Below, one piece after another: positions 40,311 through 51,228 of a DNA stretch of 64,000 nucleotides; position 1 is the first letter of the stretch, and every line of letters starts with the position of its first letter. Source of the stretch: Myxococcota bacterium (GTDB taxonomy: Bacteria; Myxococcota_A; UBA9160; UBA4427); assembly GCA_965250285.1 (NCBI GenBank), contig OZ252299.1:3360001-3424000 (forward strand), written 5' to 3'. The notes below the pieces were generated by a model. That model saw only the letters and a list, made by a program, of their open reading frames with translations, had not been told where the DNA came from and did no database searches. The position numbers were made by a program, and so were the translations under genes.

Positions 40311-41264
40311 CTACGAACGTGCCTCGGGACCCGAGCGGCGGCCGAACAGCAGGACGATGCCCGCGCCGAAGAGCAACGCCGCGGTCGGCTCGGGCACTGC
40401 GGATGTCGGACCGCCCCCCGGCGGCGAGTCCGATCCGACCATGCCTCCTCCGAGACCGTCGCCCGCGCCCGAATCGTCGCCGCCGCCCTGATCGTCGCCG
40501 GCGCCGGGGTCACCGGTGCCGCCCCCTTCGTCGTCCCCCCCTGGCAGAGCCGGCCCGCCATAGTTGCCAGGTTGATCCGGATCGTAGATGCACGGGGACA
40601 CGGGGTGGCCTTGGCCACTCGGCGTGCAGTACCGAATCCAGTCGCTCGACGTCACACCGATCGGGTCACCGAGCGCGACGAGATCCGTGAAGTCGATGCT
40701 GGGGAAGTCCGTCGGGTCGTCGTCGAGCGTGACGATGTTCCCGGCGCCGAAGGCGAGGAGCAAGCCCGCGTCGCCCTGGCCGGACTTCTCGAACACCAGC
40801 GTCGCCAGGAGCTCACGATCCGACGCAACGCCTACGGCCGCATCGGGTCTGTGGAACTGACTCGAGATGAAGTCGACGTTGACCTGGTTGGAGTGGACGG
40901 GCCAGGGTGTGGGCGTCGGCGAGAGCGGCTCGAGGAACCGGGCCGGATCCCCCTTGCCCCCACTCGGTCGGTACAACGGATAGGGGTTCGTCGACGAACT
41001 CGTTTGCACGTAAGACATGACGCCCGGATCGAAGAAGACCCCGACCGACAACGCGAGCGTGCGCGTCTCGTCGGCGGTATCGAGAAAGAGGTCGACCGAG
41101 ACGGCGTCGCCCACCTGCAGCGTCTCTACGCTCTGGTCGGCTTCGAGCCAGAGGCGATAGGCCACCGCGGTCGACGGCAGTACCAGGGAGAACGAAGTCG
41201 CTACGAACAACGCAGCGGCGAGCATCCCCTTTTTCAGAGAAGCACGATGATCAGTCTTCGGCAT
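40311..41264 (-). CDS. PEP-CTERM sorting domain protein
   Basis: Signal peptide (..LPSTAVA), Gly/Asp-rich linker, C-terminal VPEPTAALLFGAGIVLLFGRRS; GGAGG before ATG 41264. Confidence 0.88.
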   Translation of the reverse strand: MPKTDHRASLKKGMLAAALFVATSFSLVLPSTAVAYRLWLEADQSVETLQVGDAVSVDLFLDTADETRTLALSVGVFFDPGVMSYVQTSSSTNPYPLYRPSGGKGDPARFLEPLSPTPTPWPVHSNQVNVDFISSQFHRPDAAVGVASDRELLATLVFEKSGQGDAGLLLAFGAGNIVTLDDDPTDFPSIDFTDLVALGDPIGVTSSDWIRYCTPSGQGHPVSPCIYDPDQPGNYGGPALPGGDDEGGGTGDPGAGDDQGGGDDSGAGDGLGGGMVGSDSPPGGGPTSAVPEPTAALLFGAGIVLLFGRRSGPEARS

Positions 41265-41706
41265 CGGTCCCTCCGTATCTCTTCCTTCATGCGCAGGCCG
41301 CACGGCCAGACCAAACGCTTCGCGTCCGTCGCCACATCATTGTATCTGCGCGCGATGCAGAGCCGACAACGAATCGCGGTTCGAGCAGGCACGGCCGGCT
41401 CACCGCCTCCACGCAAGCGTCACCGATCACGCACGATCCTCGGCGAGTTCGTCCGCAGGCACGGGCTCGACCTCGGCGTACCCGCCGAGGTCCCGGCGAG
41501 ATGATCGCGGCATGGCAGCGGTCACTTCCTCGAACGAGCAGTGGCGTCGATCGCGACGAGCGCAGCCGCCCCACGCGGATAGAGCCGCACCGACCGATGC
41601 GGCCGCTCCCCTACTCCAAGGCTCGCCGCGCGCCGCTACGCTGCGGCCGAGCGCCAACGACGACGTCGGGCGCGATCATGAATTCGAGAGAGCGAGGAGC
41701 CGACCG

Positions 41707-42243
41707 ATGACCGACCCCGAGCCCACACCGACCGAAGCGCCCGTCATCGACCAGGCGCGCTTGAACTACGCGCTCGAGCAGCTGCGAAGCGAAGAGAACT
41801 TTCCGGTCGCCGTGATCGCGGGCGTGCTCGCATCGGCGGTCGGCGCAGCGGCGTGGACGGCGATCACGGTGGTCACGGGGTATCAGATCGGGTTCATGGC
41901 GATCGGCGTGGGCTTCCTCGTCGCGCTCACGATCCGCGCCACGGGCAAGGGCATGAGCACGAAGTTCCAGATCCTCGGCGCGCTGCTCGCCCTACTTGGC
42001 TGCATGGCCGGCAACCTGCTGACGGTGTGCTGGTTCATCGCCGAGAACGAGGGCATCGCGTTCCTCGATCTGCTCGTGCAGATCGACCCCGTCGTGATCC
42101 CCGAGATCATGATCAGCACGTTCTCGGGGATGGACCTCGTCTTCTACGCGATCGCCGTCTACGAGGGCTACCGACTCTCGCTCCGCTCGATCACAGAGGA
42201 CGAGCTGATCCACCTCGGTCAGTCGAGCGCCCCAACCAGCTGA
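41707..42243 (+). CDS. Hypothetical membrane protein
   Basis: GAGGAG before MTDPEP; four hydrophobic segments (GYQIGFMAIGVGFLV, DLVFYAIAVYEGYR). Confidence 0.75.
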   Translation: MTDPEPTPTEAPVIDQARLNYALEQLRSEENFPVAVIAGVLASAVGAAAWTAITVVTGYQIGFMAIGVGFLVALTIRATGKGMSTKFQILGALLALLGCMAGNLLTVCWFIAENEGIAFLDLLVQIDPVVIPEIMISTFSGMDLVFYAIAVYEGYRLSLRSITEDELIHLGQSSAPTS

Positions 42244-42291
42244 CATCGGCGTGCGCGCGGCGCCGCATCGAACCCGGACGCCCCCGCCCCA

Positions 42292-43332
42292 TCAGAGCAC
42301 CAGCTTCGCCCGCTCGAGCATGTCTTCGCCGTGTCGCTGCTCGACCGGCCCCATCTCGCCGCACCACTTGCCCCCGCCCAGCGTCCAGCGATCGCCGGGC
42401 GGGACACCAAGCTGCGCGCGCACCTCTTCGAGAGGCTGCTCCATCAGCGGCTCGGTCTCGAACCCCGGCGCCATGTAGTTCACCGTGACGCCGCGGCCAC
42501 GATGAAAGGCGCTGAACGCGGCTTCGGGGTCGAACTGGTTCTGCCACGTGCTGACGGTGGGATCGAGCGTCACGCCGAACTGAAACTGTGCGGCGAGGAG
42601 CACCGTGTAGTTGGCATAGCTGTCGCTCCCCGTGAGCGCCTCGTCGAAGAAGCCGACGCAGATCTCGCCGAGCGGCGTCGTGTCGTAGCCGGCGAGGACG
42701 TGGTGCAGATCGTGGCGCGTCAGGATGTTCGAAAAGAGCGCGCCGCGTGTGCCGGGCAGACCGAAGTCGTTGTCCTCGTAGTAGTCGACGAGCGTGCGGC
42801 CCAGGGTGCCCGCTGGCAGCTCGGCGTAGCCCTCGAAGCGCTCGAGCGTGTGTTTGTCGCCGTCGAGATGGAGCACGCCGCGTGTCGTCTGCCAGAGCTG
42901 CTTCAGGATCGAGCTGTCGAGCTCGACCCGACTCGCCCGCAGCTGGTGAACGAGCAGCGACACCCGATGTCCCTTCGTGACGGCGATCGCGTCGTGCACC
43001 GCCGAGTCGGCGATGTGCCAGCGGTCGGCCAGGCGCTGCAGCGCGTCGGTGCGCCACTTCACGTTGACCGGCTCGAGCAGCGGGAGCAGCGCGCCGAGAT
43101 GCAGCGTCATCGATCGCTGCTCGGCGTCGGTGAGCGTGTCTGCGTCGTCGAAGACGGCGGGCAGGCTCTCGATCTTGACCGGCGTGTCGAGCACATGACG
43201 TGCGATCGCAGAGATCGTCTGCTCGTGCACGTCGTGCAGCGGCACGCGCCCCTCGTCGGTCGCAATGCCCTTGAGCAGAGTCAGGATCGTCGCCGCCGCG
43301 GTCGGCGAGAGATTCGGAATCGGCTGATCCAT
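42292..43332 (-). CDS. Hypothetical protein with Coq4-like metal-binding domain
   Basis: LPAGTLGR and HDLHHVLAGYDTTPLGE match the Coq4 HDxxH-x11-E motif; GGGAGG before ATG 43332. Confidence 0.6.
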   Translation of the reverse strand: MDQPIPNLSPTAAATILTLLKGIATDEGRVPLHDVHEQTISAIARHVLDTPVKIESLPAVFDDADTLTDAEQRSMTLHLGALLPLLEPVNVKWRTDALQRLADRWHIADSAVHDAIAVTKGHRVSLLVHQLRASRVELDSSILKQLWQTTRGVLHLDGDKHTLERFEGYAELPAGTLGRTLVDYYEDNDFGLPGTRGALFSNILTRHDLHHVLAGYDTTPLGEICVGFFDEALTGSDSYANYTVLLAAQFQFGVTLDPTVSTWQNQFDPEAAFSAFHRGRGVTVNYMAPGFETEPLMEQPLEEVRAQLGVPPGDRWTLGGGKWCGEMGPVEQRHGEDMLERAKLVL

Positions 43333-43541
43333 TGAGCGCGCACCTCCCAGCGTGACTCTTGGGTCACCGAGGCGCAGCGAATCGTTCGCGACCGGTTCGG
43401 ACCCGAGCGCGTGACACGATAGCCGCAGCGCGCCCCAACCGGGCGAAGGCATGCCGCCTGCGCGCGCGAAAGCGCACCGAATCGAAAGACGCGCGGGATG
43501 GGTCGAGCTGCACCGGAGTCAGGCGGGCCGACCCCGACGCG

Positions 43542-44756
43542 CTAGAAGCGGTCGATATTGAAGCCGTCGTCGTCGTCGCCACCGAGCAGATCGTCGATGG
43601 CGTCGCCGCCGCCCTCTTCCTTCACCTCTTCGCTTCCGCCGCCGTCGTCGCCGAAGTTCTCCCAGTCGCTGTCGCTGGTGCTGGCGATGCCGCGGAAGCG
43701 CAGGGCGAAGTCGTCGGGGTTCGAGACGTGCTTCAGTGCCTCGTCGTACGTCACGAGGTCTTGCTTCACCAGGCTCATGAGGCTCTGGTCGAAGGTCTGC
43801 ATGCCGTACGTCGTGTAACCCTTGCTGATGGCGTCGGGCAGCTCCTTGGTGCGGTCCTTGTCGGCGATGAGCTCGCGCACGAGGCCCGTCGACACGAGCA
43901 CCTCGAGCGCCGGCACGCGGCCCTTGCCATCGGCCCGGGGCACGAGGCGCTGGCTGATCACGGCCTTGAGGATCGTCGACAGCTGCAGCCGCACCTGCTT
44001 CTGCTGATACGGCGGGAAGACCGAGATGATGCGGTTGATCGTCTCCGTCGCGTCGAGGGTATGCAGCGTGCTCATGACGAGGTGACCGGTCTCGGCGGCG
44101 GTCAGCGCCGTCTCGATCGTCTCGAAGTCACGCATTTCGCCCACGAGCACGACGTCGGGATCCTGCCGGAGCGCGGCGCGCAGGGCGTTCGAGAAGCTCT
44201 GGGTGTCGACGCCGATCTCGCGCTGATTCACGATCGAGCGTCGGTCGCGAATCAAGAACTCGATCGGGTCTTCGATCGTCATGATGTGTGCGGTTCGCTC
44301 GCTGTTGATCTGCTCGATCATCGCCGCGAGCGTGGTCGACTTACCGGAGCCCGTGGTGCCGGTGACGAGCACGAGGCCGCGGTGCTCGCGGCTGATCGCC
44401 TCGACGACCTTGGGCAGATAGAGCTGATCGATCGTCTTCACACCGAAGGGGATCACGCGGAAGACCATGCCGACCGTGCCGCGCTGCTGGAACGCGTTCA
44501 CACGGAATCGGCCGAGGCCCGGGACCCCGTAGGCGAGGTCGGCTTCGCGCGCCTCGTCGAACCGCTTCTTCTGGATCGGGTTCATGATCGAGAACGCCAT
44601 GTTCTGCAGCTCGTCGGGCATGATGCGCTCGCCGTTCTTGAGCGGCACGAGCGCGCCATCGACGCGGAACATCGGCGGCAGCCCCGACTTCAGATGGATG
44701 TCGGAGGCGCCGCCCTTGATGGCGACCTTCAGGATCTCGTTGAGCTCCATCCCCAT
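43542..44756 (-). CDS. pilT: Type IV pilus retraction ATPase PilT/PilU family
   Basis: ASDIHL, RFRVNAF, GTTGSGKSTT, TIEDPIE, LRQDPDVVLVGEMRD, ETGHLVMSTLHT, GMQTFDQ. Confidence 0.92.
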   Translation of the reverse strand: MGMELNEILKVAIKGGASDIHLKSGLPPMFRVDGALVPLKNGERIMPDELQNMAFSIMNPIQKKRFDEAREADLAYGVPGLGRFRVNAFQQRGTVGMVFRVIPFGVKTIDQLYLPKVVEAISREHRGLVLVTGTTGSGKSTTLAAMIEQINSERTAHIMTIEDPIEFLIRDRRSIVNQREIGVDTQSFSNALRAALRQDPDVVLVGEMRDFETIETALTAAETGHLVMSTLHTLDATETINRIISVFPPYQQKQVRLQLSTILKAVISQRLVPRADGKGRVPALEVLVSTGLVRELIADKDRTKELPDAISKGYTTYGMQTFDQSLMSLVKQDLVTYDEALKHVSNPDDFALRFRGIASTSDSDWENFGDDGGGSEEVKEEGGGDAIDDLLGGDDDDGFNIDRF

Positions 44757-45000
44757 GAGCGATCAGGTCCTCGGCCGCGTGTCGCTGCGGCTCTCGTGTG
44801 AAGGCGGCGGTCTGCAGGCCGGCCCTGCGACGTTTCGGCGCAGCCGACCTGCACCCCTTTCACGGATGCACCCCTCGTTTCGACCTTTCTCGGGACCGGC
44901 TTGAGGCAGGGATGAGATCGCTGTCACAGGTCTCGTTGCGCCCAGATCGCCGAGAGGCCCGGTTCGCCCGACCGACTCGGGCCCCGATCGGCCCCGGAAC

Positions 45001-45045
45001 GAAAGAAGCCCGCGGCCCCCCTCTGAAAGGGAGACCGCGGGCTTC
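45001..45045 (-). terminator. Putative terminator after recA
   Basis: Minus strand GAAGCCCGCGGTCTCC...GGGGGCCGCGGGCTTC followed by TTTC. Confidence 0.6.
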
Positions 45046-45139
45046 GAACCCCACGCATTCGCGCTCGATCGGATGGCTCCGATCCCAGCGGACACACGGC
45101 CGCCGGGCGCCATGGCTGGCGCGGACGGGACGCTTCGGT

Positions 45140-46279
45140 CTAGGCCTCGGCCTTCGCCGCCTTCTCAGCCTTGTCGGACTTGTCGGCCTTCGCGCCGGAC
45201 GCGCCCTCGGCTTCGGCCGCCGGTTCACCGGCGGGCACGGGCAGCTTCAGGCCACGGGCCGCGTAGACCTCCTCGGCAAGGCGGTGACCGATGTCCGGGT
45301 TCTCCTTGAGGAAGCGCCGGGCGTTCTCGCGCCCCTGACCGATGCGCTCCTCGCCGTAGGAGTACCAGGAGCCACTCTTCTCGACGATGCCGTCTTCGAC
45401 GCCGAGGTCGATGAGGTCGCCCTCCTTCGAGATGCCCTCGTTGTAGATGATGTCGAACTCGGCCTGCCGGAACGGCGGCGCCACCTTGTTCTTGACCACC
45501 TTGACCCGGGTGCGGTTGCCCTTGACCTCGTCGCCTTCCTTCAGTGCGGCGATGCGTCGCACGTCGAGGCGCACCGACGAGTAGAACTTGAGCGCGTTGC
45601 CGCCCGTCGTCGTCTCAGGGCTGCCGAACATGACGCCGATCTTCATGCGGATCTGGTTGATGAAGATGATCGTGGCGCCCGACTTCGAGACCGTACCCGT
45701 CAGCTTGCGAAGCGCCTGGCTCATGAGCCGAGCCTGCAGGCCAACGTGGGCATCACCCATCTCGCCCTCGATCTCGGCCCGCGGCACGAGCGCCGCCACC
45801 GAGTCGACGACCACCAGATCGACCGCCCCCGAGCGCAGCAGCACGTCGGCGATCTCGAGCGCCTCTTCACCGGTGTCGGGCTGCGAGACCAGCAGCGAAC
45901 CGACGTCGACGCCGAGGCGCCGCGCGTAGTTCACATCGAGGGCGTGCTCGGCATCGATGAAGGCCGCGACACCGCCCGTCTTCTGCACCTCGGCGATCGC
46001 GTGCAGCGTGAGCGTCGTCTTACCGCTCGACTCGGGGCCATAGATCTCGACCACGCGCCCGCGCGGGTAGCCCCCGATGCCGAGCGCCAGGTCGAGACTC
46101 GGCCCACCGCTCGAGAAGTAGCCGATGTCGCGATTGACACCGTCGCCGTCCATCGTCTGGATCGAGCCCTTGCCGAACTGCTTCTCGATGGTCGACACGG
46201 CCATCTCGATGGCCTTGCGCCGCCCGGTATCGTCCGACCGGTCGACGTCGTTCCTCGTCTTCGTCACTGCCTTCGCCAT
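45140..46279 (-). CDS. recA: Recombinase A
   Basis: True start MAKAVTK (GGAGG upstream); [45 protein letters not shown]. Confidence 0.98.
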   Translation of the reverse strand: MAKAVTKTRNDVDRSDDTGRRKAIEMAVSTIEKQFGKGSIQTMDGDGVNRDIGYFSSGGPSLDLALGIGGYPRGRVVEIYGPESSGKTTLTLHAIAEVQKTGGVAAFIDAEHALDVNYARRLGVDVGSLLVSQPDTGEEALEIADVLLRSGAVDLVVVDSVAALVPRAEIEGEMGDAHVGLQARLMSQALRKLTGTVSKSGATIIFINQIRMKIGVMFGSPETTTGGNALKFYSSVRLDVRRIAALKEGDEVKGNRTRVKVVKNKVAPPFRQAEFDIIYNEGISKEGDLIDLGVEDGIVEKSGSWYSYGEERIGQGRENARRFLKENPDIGHRLAEEVYAARGLKLPVPAGEPAAEAEGASGAKADKSDKAEKAAKAEA

Positions 46280-46325
46280 TGCGTCCATCCTCCGAGGGCC
46301 GTGGCCCTCTGCACCTCGAGTGCGT

Positions 46326-46378
46326 AGTGGGGTGAGTGAGTGGGGTGTAAGTGAGTGGGGTGAGAGTGAGTGGGGTGA
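46326..46378. repeat. About 15-bp tandem repeat AGTGAGTGGGGTGnn with four GGGG tracts
   Basis: G4 runs at 46329-32, 46342-45, 46357-60 and 46372-75 between cinA and recA. Confidence 0.9.
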
Positions 46379-46424
46379 ATCCTGGGTTCTGAAAAACGGG
46401 TTCGTGAAAGAGCGGACCGCCTGC

Positions 46425-47765
46425 CTACCGGGCCCCGCCCGGCGCATTGCCTCCGCCCTGCCTGCGCAGCAGCGACGGCCCGACGAGCTCGTGGCCCTGC
46501 AGGTCGCGCCGGATCCAGTCCAGGCCGACCTGGGCCGTGAGTGCCCGGTGTCGTGTGCGATCGAGGGGAAACGTGAAGTGATCGACGTGGGTCGCGACGC
46601 CGTCCGCGGTCTCGCAGGCCAGCGCCACGTAGACGAGGCCGACGGGCTTCTCTTCGCTGCCCCCACCCGGCCCCGAGATGCCGGTCGTGGCGACGCCGTA
46701 GGTCGAGCCGAAGCGCGCGCGCACCCCCTCGGCCATCGCCCGGGCGACGGGCTCCGACACCGCGCCGTGCTCGGCGAGCATCGCCTCGGGCACGCCGAGC
46801 ATCGCCTGCTTCGCCTCATTCGCATAGGCGACCACGCCGCCCAGGAACCAACCCGAAGACCCGGGCACGTCGGTGATTCGCTCGGCGATGCCGCCGCCGG
46901 TGCACGACTCGGCGGTCGCCACCGTGGCACCGGCGCGCTCGAGCTCACGGCCGACGACGATGGCCATCGTGTCGTCGCCTTCGCCGTAGAGCAGATCGCC
47001 GAGGCGCTCGTCGATCGCCTGTACCGTCTTGTCGATGCGATCGTCGGCCGCCGCTGCGCTCTCACCGCGCGCCACGACGCGCAGGTAGTTGTCGGGGAAG
47101 GTCGTCCGGAACCCGATCTCGACGTCGCCGTCGCGCGCGAGATCGGCCAGCTCGGCCTCGAGCGACGACTCGCCGATGCCGAAGGTCTTGAGCAGGCGAG
47201 CCCGCACGAACACCGCGCCGCGACCGTCCCCGGCCGCGTGCGCCCCGATGCGGGGCAGCACCTGTTCGTCGAGCATCAGCCTCAGCTCGCGGGGGACGCC
47301 GGGCATACAGAAGAAGAGCGTCGTGCGCCCCGATGCACCGGCGTGCTCGAGCATGAAGCCCGGCGCCGTCCCCACCGGGTTGGCCAGCACCTCGGCGTCA
47401 GTCGGGAAGTAGGCCTGCTTGCGATTCACGTCGGCCATCTCTCGGCCGAGCCGGTTGAAGAAGCCACGAATCTCCTCGAGCGACGCCTCGTCGAGTTGGA
47501 GCTCGCGCCCGAAGGTCTCGGCCATCACCTCGGTCGTGATGTCGTCTCGCGTCGGCCCCAGGCCACCCGAGACCAGGACGACGTCGGCGCGCTCGGCGGC
47601 CTGCTCGAAAGCGAAGCGCATGTCGGCCCGGTCATCGCGCACCGAGGTCTGGTAGTGACACTCGATGTCGAGCCCGAGCACGCGCTCGGCGATCAACGCC
47701 TTGTTCGAGTCGACGATCTCGCCGCGGAGGATCTCGTCGCCGATCGTGATGACCTCGGCCTTCAT
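46425..47765 (-). CDS. cinA: Competence/damage-inducible protein CinA (MoeA-like + NMN deamidase)
   Basis: True start [50 protein letters not shown]. Confidence 0.93.
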   Translation of the reverse strand: MKAEVITIGDEILRGEIVDSNKALIAERVLGLDIECHYQTSVRDDRADMRFAFEQAAERADVVLVSGGLGPTRDDITTEVMAETFGRELQLDEASLEEIRGFFNRLGREMADVNRKQAYFPTDAEVLANPVGTAPGFMLEHAGASGRTTLFFCMPGVPRELRLMLDEQVLPRIGAHAAGDGRGAVFVRARLLKTFGIGESSLEAELADLARDGDVEIGFRTTFPDNYLRVVARGESAAAADDRIDKTVQAIDERLGDLLYGEGDDTMAIVVGRELERAGATVATAESCTGGGIAERITDVPGSSGWFLGGVVAYANEAKQAMLGVPEAMLAEHGAVSEPVARAMAEGVRARFGSTYGVATTGISGPGGGSEEKPVGLVYVALACETADGVATHVDHFTFPLDRTRHRALTAQVGLDWIRRDLQGHELVGPSLLRRQGGGNAPGGAR

Positions 47766-47767
47766 GC

Positions 47768-48538
47768 CTAGCCCTGCGCCCCCGCCGTGGCCGCGCCGGC
47801 GGTCACCCACACGAGGTAGGTCGGCACGATCAGCACGATGGCCCCGTAGATGCCTGCCACCACGTCGTCCGCCATCACCCCTGCCCCGGCTTCGAAGCGC
47901 CGCTCTGCCCACCGCACTGCCCCCGGCTTGCGGATATCGAACCACCGGAATGCGACGAATCCGGTCACGACGAGCAGAGAAAAGAGCGAAACCTCGAAGG
48001 CGCCCGACCCCGAGAGCCCGAAGCTCAGGTCGAAGAAGCCGAGCGAGCGGCCGTGCAGCGGCACCAGCGGCCAGAGCGTGATCAGCTGGCCCGCCACCTC
48101 GTCGATCACGATGCGGCCGTCGTCGTGGCGGGCGAAGTCGCGCTCGGCGGCGGTCGAGGCCCAGACGCCGACGACCGTCACCGCGACGACAAGCACGCCG
48201 TAGCCGAGCCCACCGAGCCCCGCGAAGACCGGGGCGAAGAGCACGACGGTGCCGAGGGCCCCCCATGTGCCGGGGGCCCAGGGCCCGAAGCCGAGCCCGC
48301 CCGCCGTCGCGATCCACACGGCCAGGGTCTTGGGCACCTCGCGCGTCGGCCGCGCGGGCGAGCCCTTCGGCGCGACACCGGCCGTCGCTCCGGTGGCTTC
48401 GGGGCGTTCGGTTCCGGCTTCGGCTCCGGGCTCTCTTCCGGGCTCTTTTCCGGTTTCGGTTCCGGATTCTGTCGCGCTTGCATCCGAGATGAGACGACCC
48501 CGTCCACGATCCGAGTTACCGGGCTGCCTGCGCCCCAC
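47768..48538 (-). CDS. pgpA: Phosphatidylglycerophosphatase A
   Basis: APGTWG, DDGRIVIDEVAG, FRWFDIRKP, GVMADDVVAG. Start uncertain; low-complexity N-terminus. Confidence 0.88.
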   Translation of the reverse strand: MGRRQPGNSDRGRGRLISDASATESGTETGKEPGREPGAEAGTERPEATGATAGVAPKGSPARPTREVPKTLAVWIATAGGLGFGPWAPGTWGALGTVVLFAPVFAGLGGLGYGVLVVAVTVVGVWASTAAERDFARHDDGRIVIDEVAGQLITLWPLVPLHGRSLGFFDLSFGLSGSGAFEVSLFSLLVVTGFVAFRWFDIRKPGAVRWAERRFEAGAGVMADDVVAGIYGAIVLIVPTYLVWVTAGAATAGAQG

Positions 48539-48863
48539 ACTCGGAAATTCTTCAACCCGGACAACGACTTGTGCGCGTTCGCACGAGCCCTTGGCCAGCG
48601 GCGATGATGCCTCGGGCCGCAGGGACGGGGGTGCGGCGCGCGGGGCGGCGATCGGGGGGGGTGATCACGTGCGAGGGTGCCACCACGGCCCTGGAGCGTC
48701 AATCGAGCGAGGCGAAAAAAAGGGAAAAACGCACGGCGTCCAGGGTGTGACCGGCCCCATCAAGCGGGTCGCCAAAGGCGTCGATGAAGGAGGGGCTCCG
48801 ATCGGGAGCCCACGCGGTGGGGGGCCGCGCGGCGCACGCTCGTCACCCGTCCCCCCGGCCAGG

Positions 48864-50735
48864 ATGGACCGTGCGCGCATGACCGAGGCAATGAAGAGCG
48901 AGGCATCGGCGGGCACGCCGACGGCGGCGCGGACCGTGGCCGATGCCACGGGCCTGCTCGTCGAGCTCGCCCGCGCCTGCAAGGGGCTGTCGTTCTACGG
49001 CGAGGGGCACCCGGCGCGCACCGACTTGATCGACCGGGCCTGGATGGCGTGGCGCCTCGAGGTCCAGCGTGCGGGCCGCCTCGACCTCACGTGTGAACGC
49101 GGCGGCCTGCGGATCCGCGGGCTCGACCAGCTCTTCACACCCGCGGCGATCGACGAGCTGCACCACGCGCTCCTCGACCGCGACGTCGAAGCCCTGGCGC
49201 TCGGCGAGGACGTGACGCGCGAGAGCTTCGCGGCCCTTCTCGACCTGCTGGGTCAGCCCCCCGAGTACCTGACCCGCAGCGGAGGCCTCGCGCTCGCCCT
49301 CGCTCAACGCTGCGACCACGGCATCGGCATCAACGGTCAGCCGCTCGGCGGAGCCGCTCCGAGCATCGGCGACGCGAGCGCGACGAGCCTCGGCTCGGGT
49401 CTGCTCGTGTCGACTCGAGACCTCATGCATCGCGGCGGCGATGCCCAGAGCGCGCCCGACAAGCCCGCCGTCGACGACGATCCGCTGGGCGCCCCGGGCG
49501 CCGACGAAGCGAGCGAGACGCTGCGACGCGAGCTGCTCGCCCTCGATGGCCTGTCGGACGACGACGCCTACGAGCAGCACGGACTGAGGCTGCTCGAAGC
49601 GGCGCTCGAGGCCTTCGCGCGCGGGCGTCACGAGGACGGCTACCGCACGGTGCTCGTCTTCTGCGATCACGCAATCGGCGAAGGTGGCCGCTCGGCCCGG
49701 CAGGCGCGGCTCGCGCACGAGGCGACGCAGGCGCTCTGCACCGGCGCTGCGCTCGACGAGATCATCGACCGCGCCTGCGCTTCGGACGTCACGCGGAGCG
49801 TGCGCGCCAGCCGGGTGCTCCTGCAGCTCGGTGCTCCGGCGGCCGACCGCGTGCTGGTGCGCATCACCGACGAGCCGCACGACGGCCGTGCGGGCCAGCT
49901 GCGGGCGATCCTGACCGCGCTCGGCGAGCACGCCCGCGAGCCCCTCGAGCGCGCGCTCGAGGGCGGGGGCCTGCGCGCCGCCGCCACGGCGGCGCGCCTC
50001 TGCGGCGATACCCAGAACCCGTCGCTGGTGCCTGCGCTCGCCCTCGGGCTGCGCCGGCCCGACCCGCCGCTGCAGCGCGCGGCCATCGCGGCGCTCACCC
50101 AGATCGGCGGGACCGAGGCGGGCGACGTCCTGCTCGGCGAGCTCGCGCGGGCCGACTCGCAGATGATCCAGGCGTGCTGCCAGGGGCTCGCCCAGCTCGG
50201 CGAGGACCGCTTCGTGCTGCCGATGCTCGCCGCGCTCGACCGCGCCGAACGCCGGGGCGACGGCGAGCTGGCGGTCGAGCTCGTGCGCGCACTCGGGCGC
50301 CTCGGCAGCGAGCGCGCCGTGCCGCGCCTCGCCTCGATGCTGCGCCGACGACGCCTGCTCGCGCGCAGTGCCCGCCTCGAGCTGCAGGCCCGCGCTCTCG
50401 AGACGCTCGCCGAGCTGCCCGGACGCGAGGCCCGTCGCACCGTCGAATGGACGGCGCGCAGCGGCCCGCGCGGGCTGCGCCAGCGCGCGAAGTCGTTGCT
50501 CGGTCGAGCCGACGTGCTCGACGACGATCCCCCCCGGCTCGACGAGCCGTCGGATCCCGACTCGGCCCCCTCCGACGCGACCGTGGCGACGCCCGGACCG
50601 GCGGGCGACGCACCGGCGGCTTCCGTTCCGAACCACGCGGGCGTCACCACCGGGAACGATCCCGCACACGGCGGAGGTCGCGCGGCGGATCCCGCAACCG
50701 ATCCCGCAAGAGACGATCTGGCAAGAGGCGACTAG
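48864..50735 (+). CDS. HEAT-repeat (PBS-lyase-like) protein
   Basis: FYGEGHP N-terminal motif, then Ala/Leu/Arg helical repeats (AAIAALTQIGG, VRALGRLGSERAVPRL). Start uncertain. Confidence 0.65.
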   Translation: MDRARMTEAMKSEASAGTPTAARTVADATGLLVELARACKGLSFYGEGHPARTDLIDRAWMAWRLEVQRAGRLDLTCERGGLRIRGLDQLFTPAAIDELHHALLDRDVEALALGEDVTRESFAALLDLLGQPPEYLTRSGGLALALAQRCDHGIGINGQPLGGAAPSIGDASATSLGSGLLVSTRDLMHRGGDAQSAPDKPAVDDDPLGAPGADEASETLRRELLALDGLSDDDAYEQHGLRLLEAALEAFARGRHEDGYRTVLVFCDHAIGEGGRSARQARLAHEATQALCTGAALDEIIDRACASDVTRSVRASRVLLQLGAPAADRVLVRITDEPHDGRAGQLRAILTALGEHAREPLERALEGGGLRAAATAARLCGDTQNPSLVPALALGLRRPDPPLQRAAIAALTQIGGTEAGDVLLGELARADSQMIQACCQGLAQLGEDRFVLPMLAALDRAERRGDGELAVELVRALGRLGSERAVPRLASMLRRRRLLARSARLELQARALETLAELPGREARRTVEWTARSGPRGLRQRAKSLLGRADVLDDDPPRLDEPSDPDSAPSDATVATPGPAGDAPAASVPNHAGVTTGNDPAHGGGRAADPATDPARDDLARGD

Positions 50736-50748
50736 ACTCCCGCATCTC

Positions 50749-51228
50749 ATGCGCGTGCTCGGCCTCGATCTCGGACAGAAACGAATCGGCATCGCCGTCT
50801 CGGACGAAGAAGCGTCGATCGCGTTTCCGAGCGGCGCGCTCGAGAGCCGCGGTGCCAAGAAGGATCTGAAGGCGGTGCTCGAGCTGATCGAGAAACGAGA
50901 GATCGGACGCGTCGTGGTCGGGCTGCCCCGCCACCTCGACGGCCGCGAGGGGCCCGAGGCAGAGGCCGCGCGCGCCTTCGCGAGTGCACTGCAAGCAGCG
51001 AGCGGGTTGCCCGTCGAGACCCTTGACGAGCGGTGGACCACCGTCGAAGCGGAGCGCGTGCTGCACGCCCAGGGGCGCAAGAAGAAGAAGCAGCGGGCGG
51101 TCGTCGATAGCGTGGCCGCCTCGATCATCCTCGGCACCTACCTCGACCTGCTGCGCAATCGCGAGGCGGGGCTTGCCGTCGACGCCGACGCCGGCTCTGA
51201 CTCCGGCCCGGGGGTCGACCGGGCATGA
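50749..51228 (+). CDS. ruvX: YqgF/RuvX pre-16S rRNA nuclease
   Basis: MRVLGLDLGQKRIGIAVSD, VVGLP, DERWTT, VDSVAASIIL. Confidence 0.93.
   Translation: MRVLGLDLGQKRIGIAVSDEEASIAFPSGALESRGAKKDLKAVLELIEKREIGRVVVGLPRHLDGREGPEAEAARAFASALQAASGLPVETLDERWTTVEAERVLHAQGRKKKKQRAVVDSVAASIILGTYLDLLRNREAGLAVDADAGSDSGPGVDRA

Noticed and set aside
46384..46420. LexA box upstream of recA (GTTC...GTTC)
   Set aside because: The spacing is 10 nt, not the 7 nt of the alphaproteobacterial box, and it does not fit the Geobacter or Myxococcus consensus as I recall them.
46280..47065. Apparent long N-terminal extensions on RecA (also Prs, CinA, MreB, RuvX) in the ORF track
   Set aside because: They overlap upstream genes or the tRNA; clear starts exist at the conserved N-termini.
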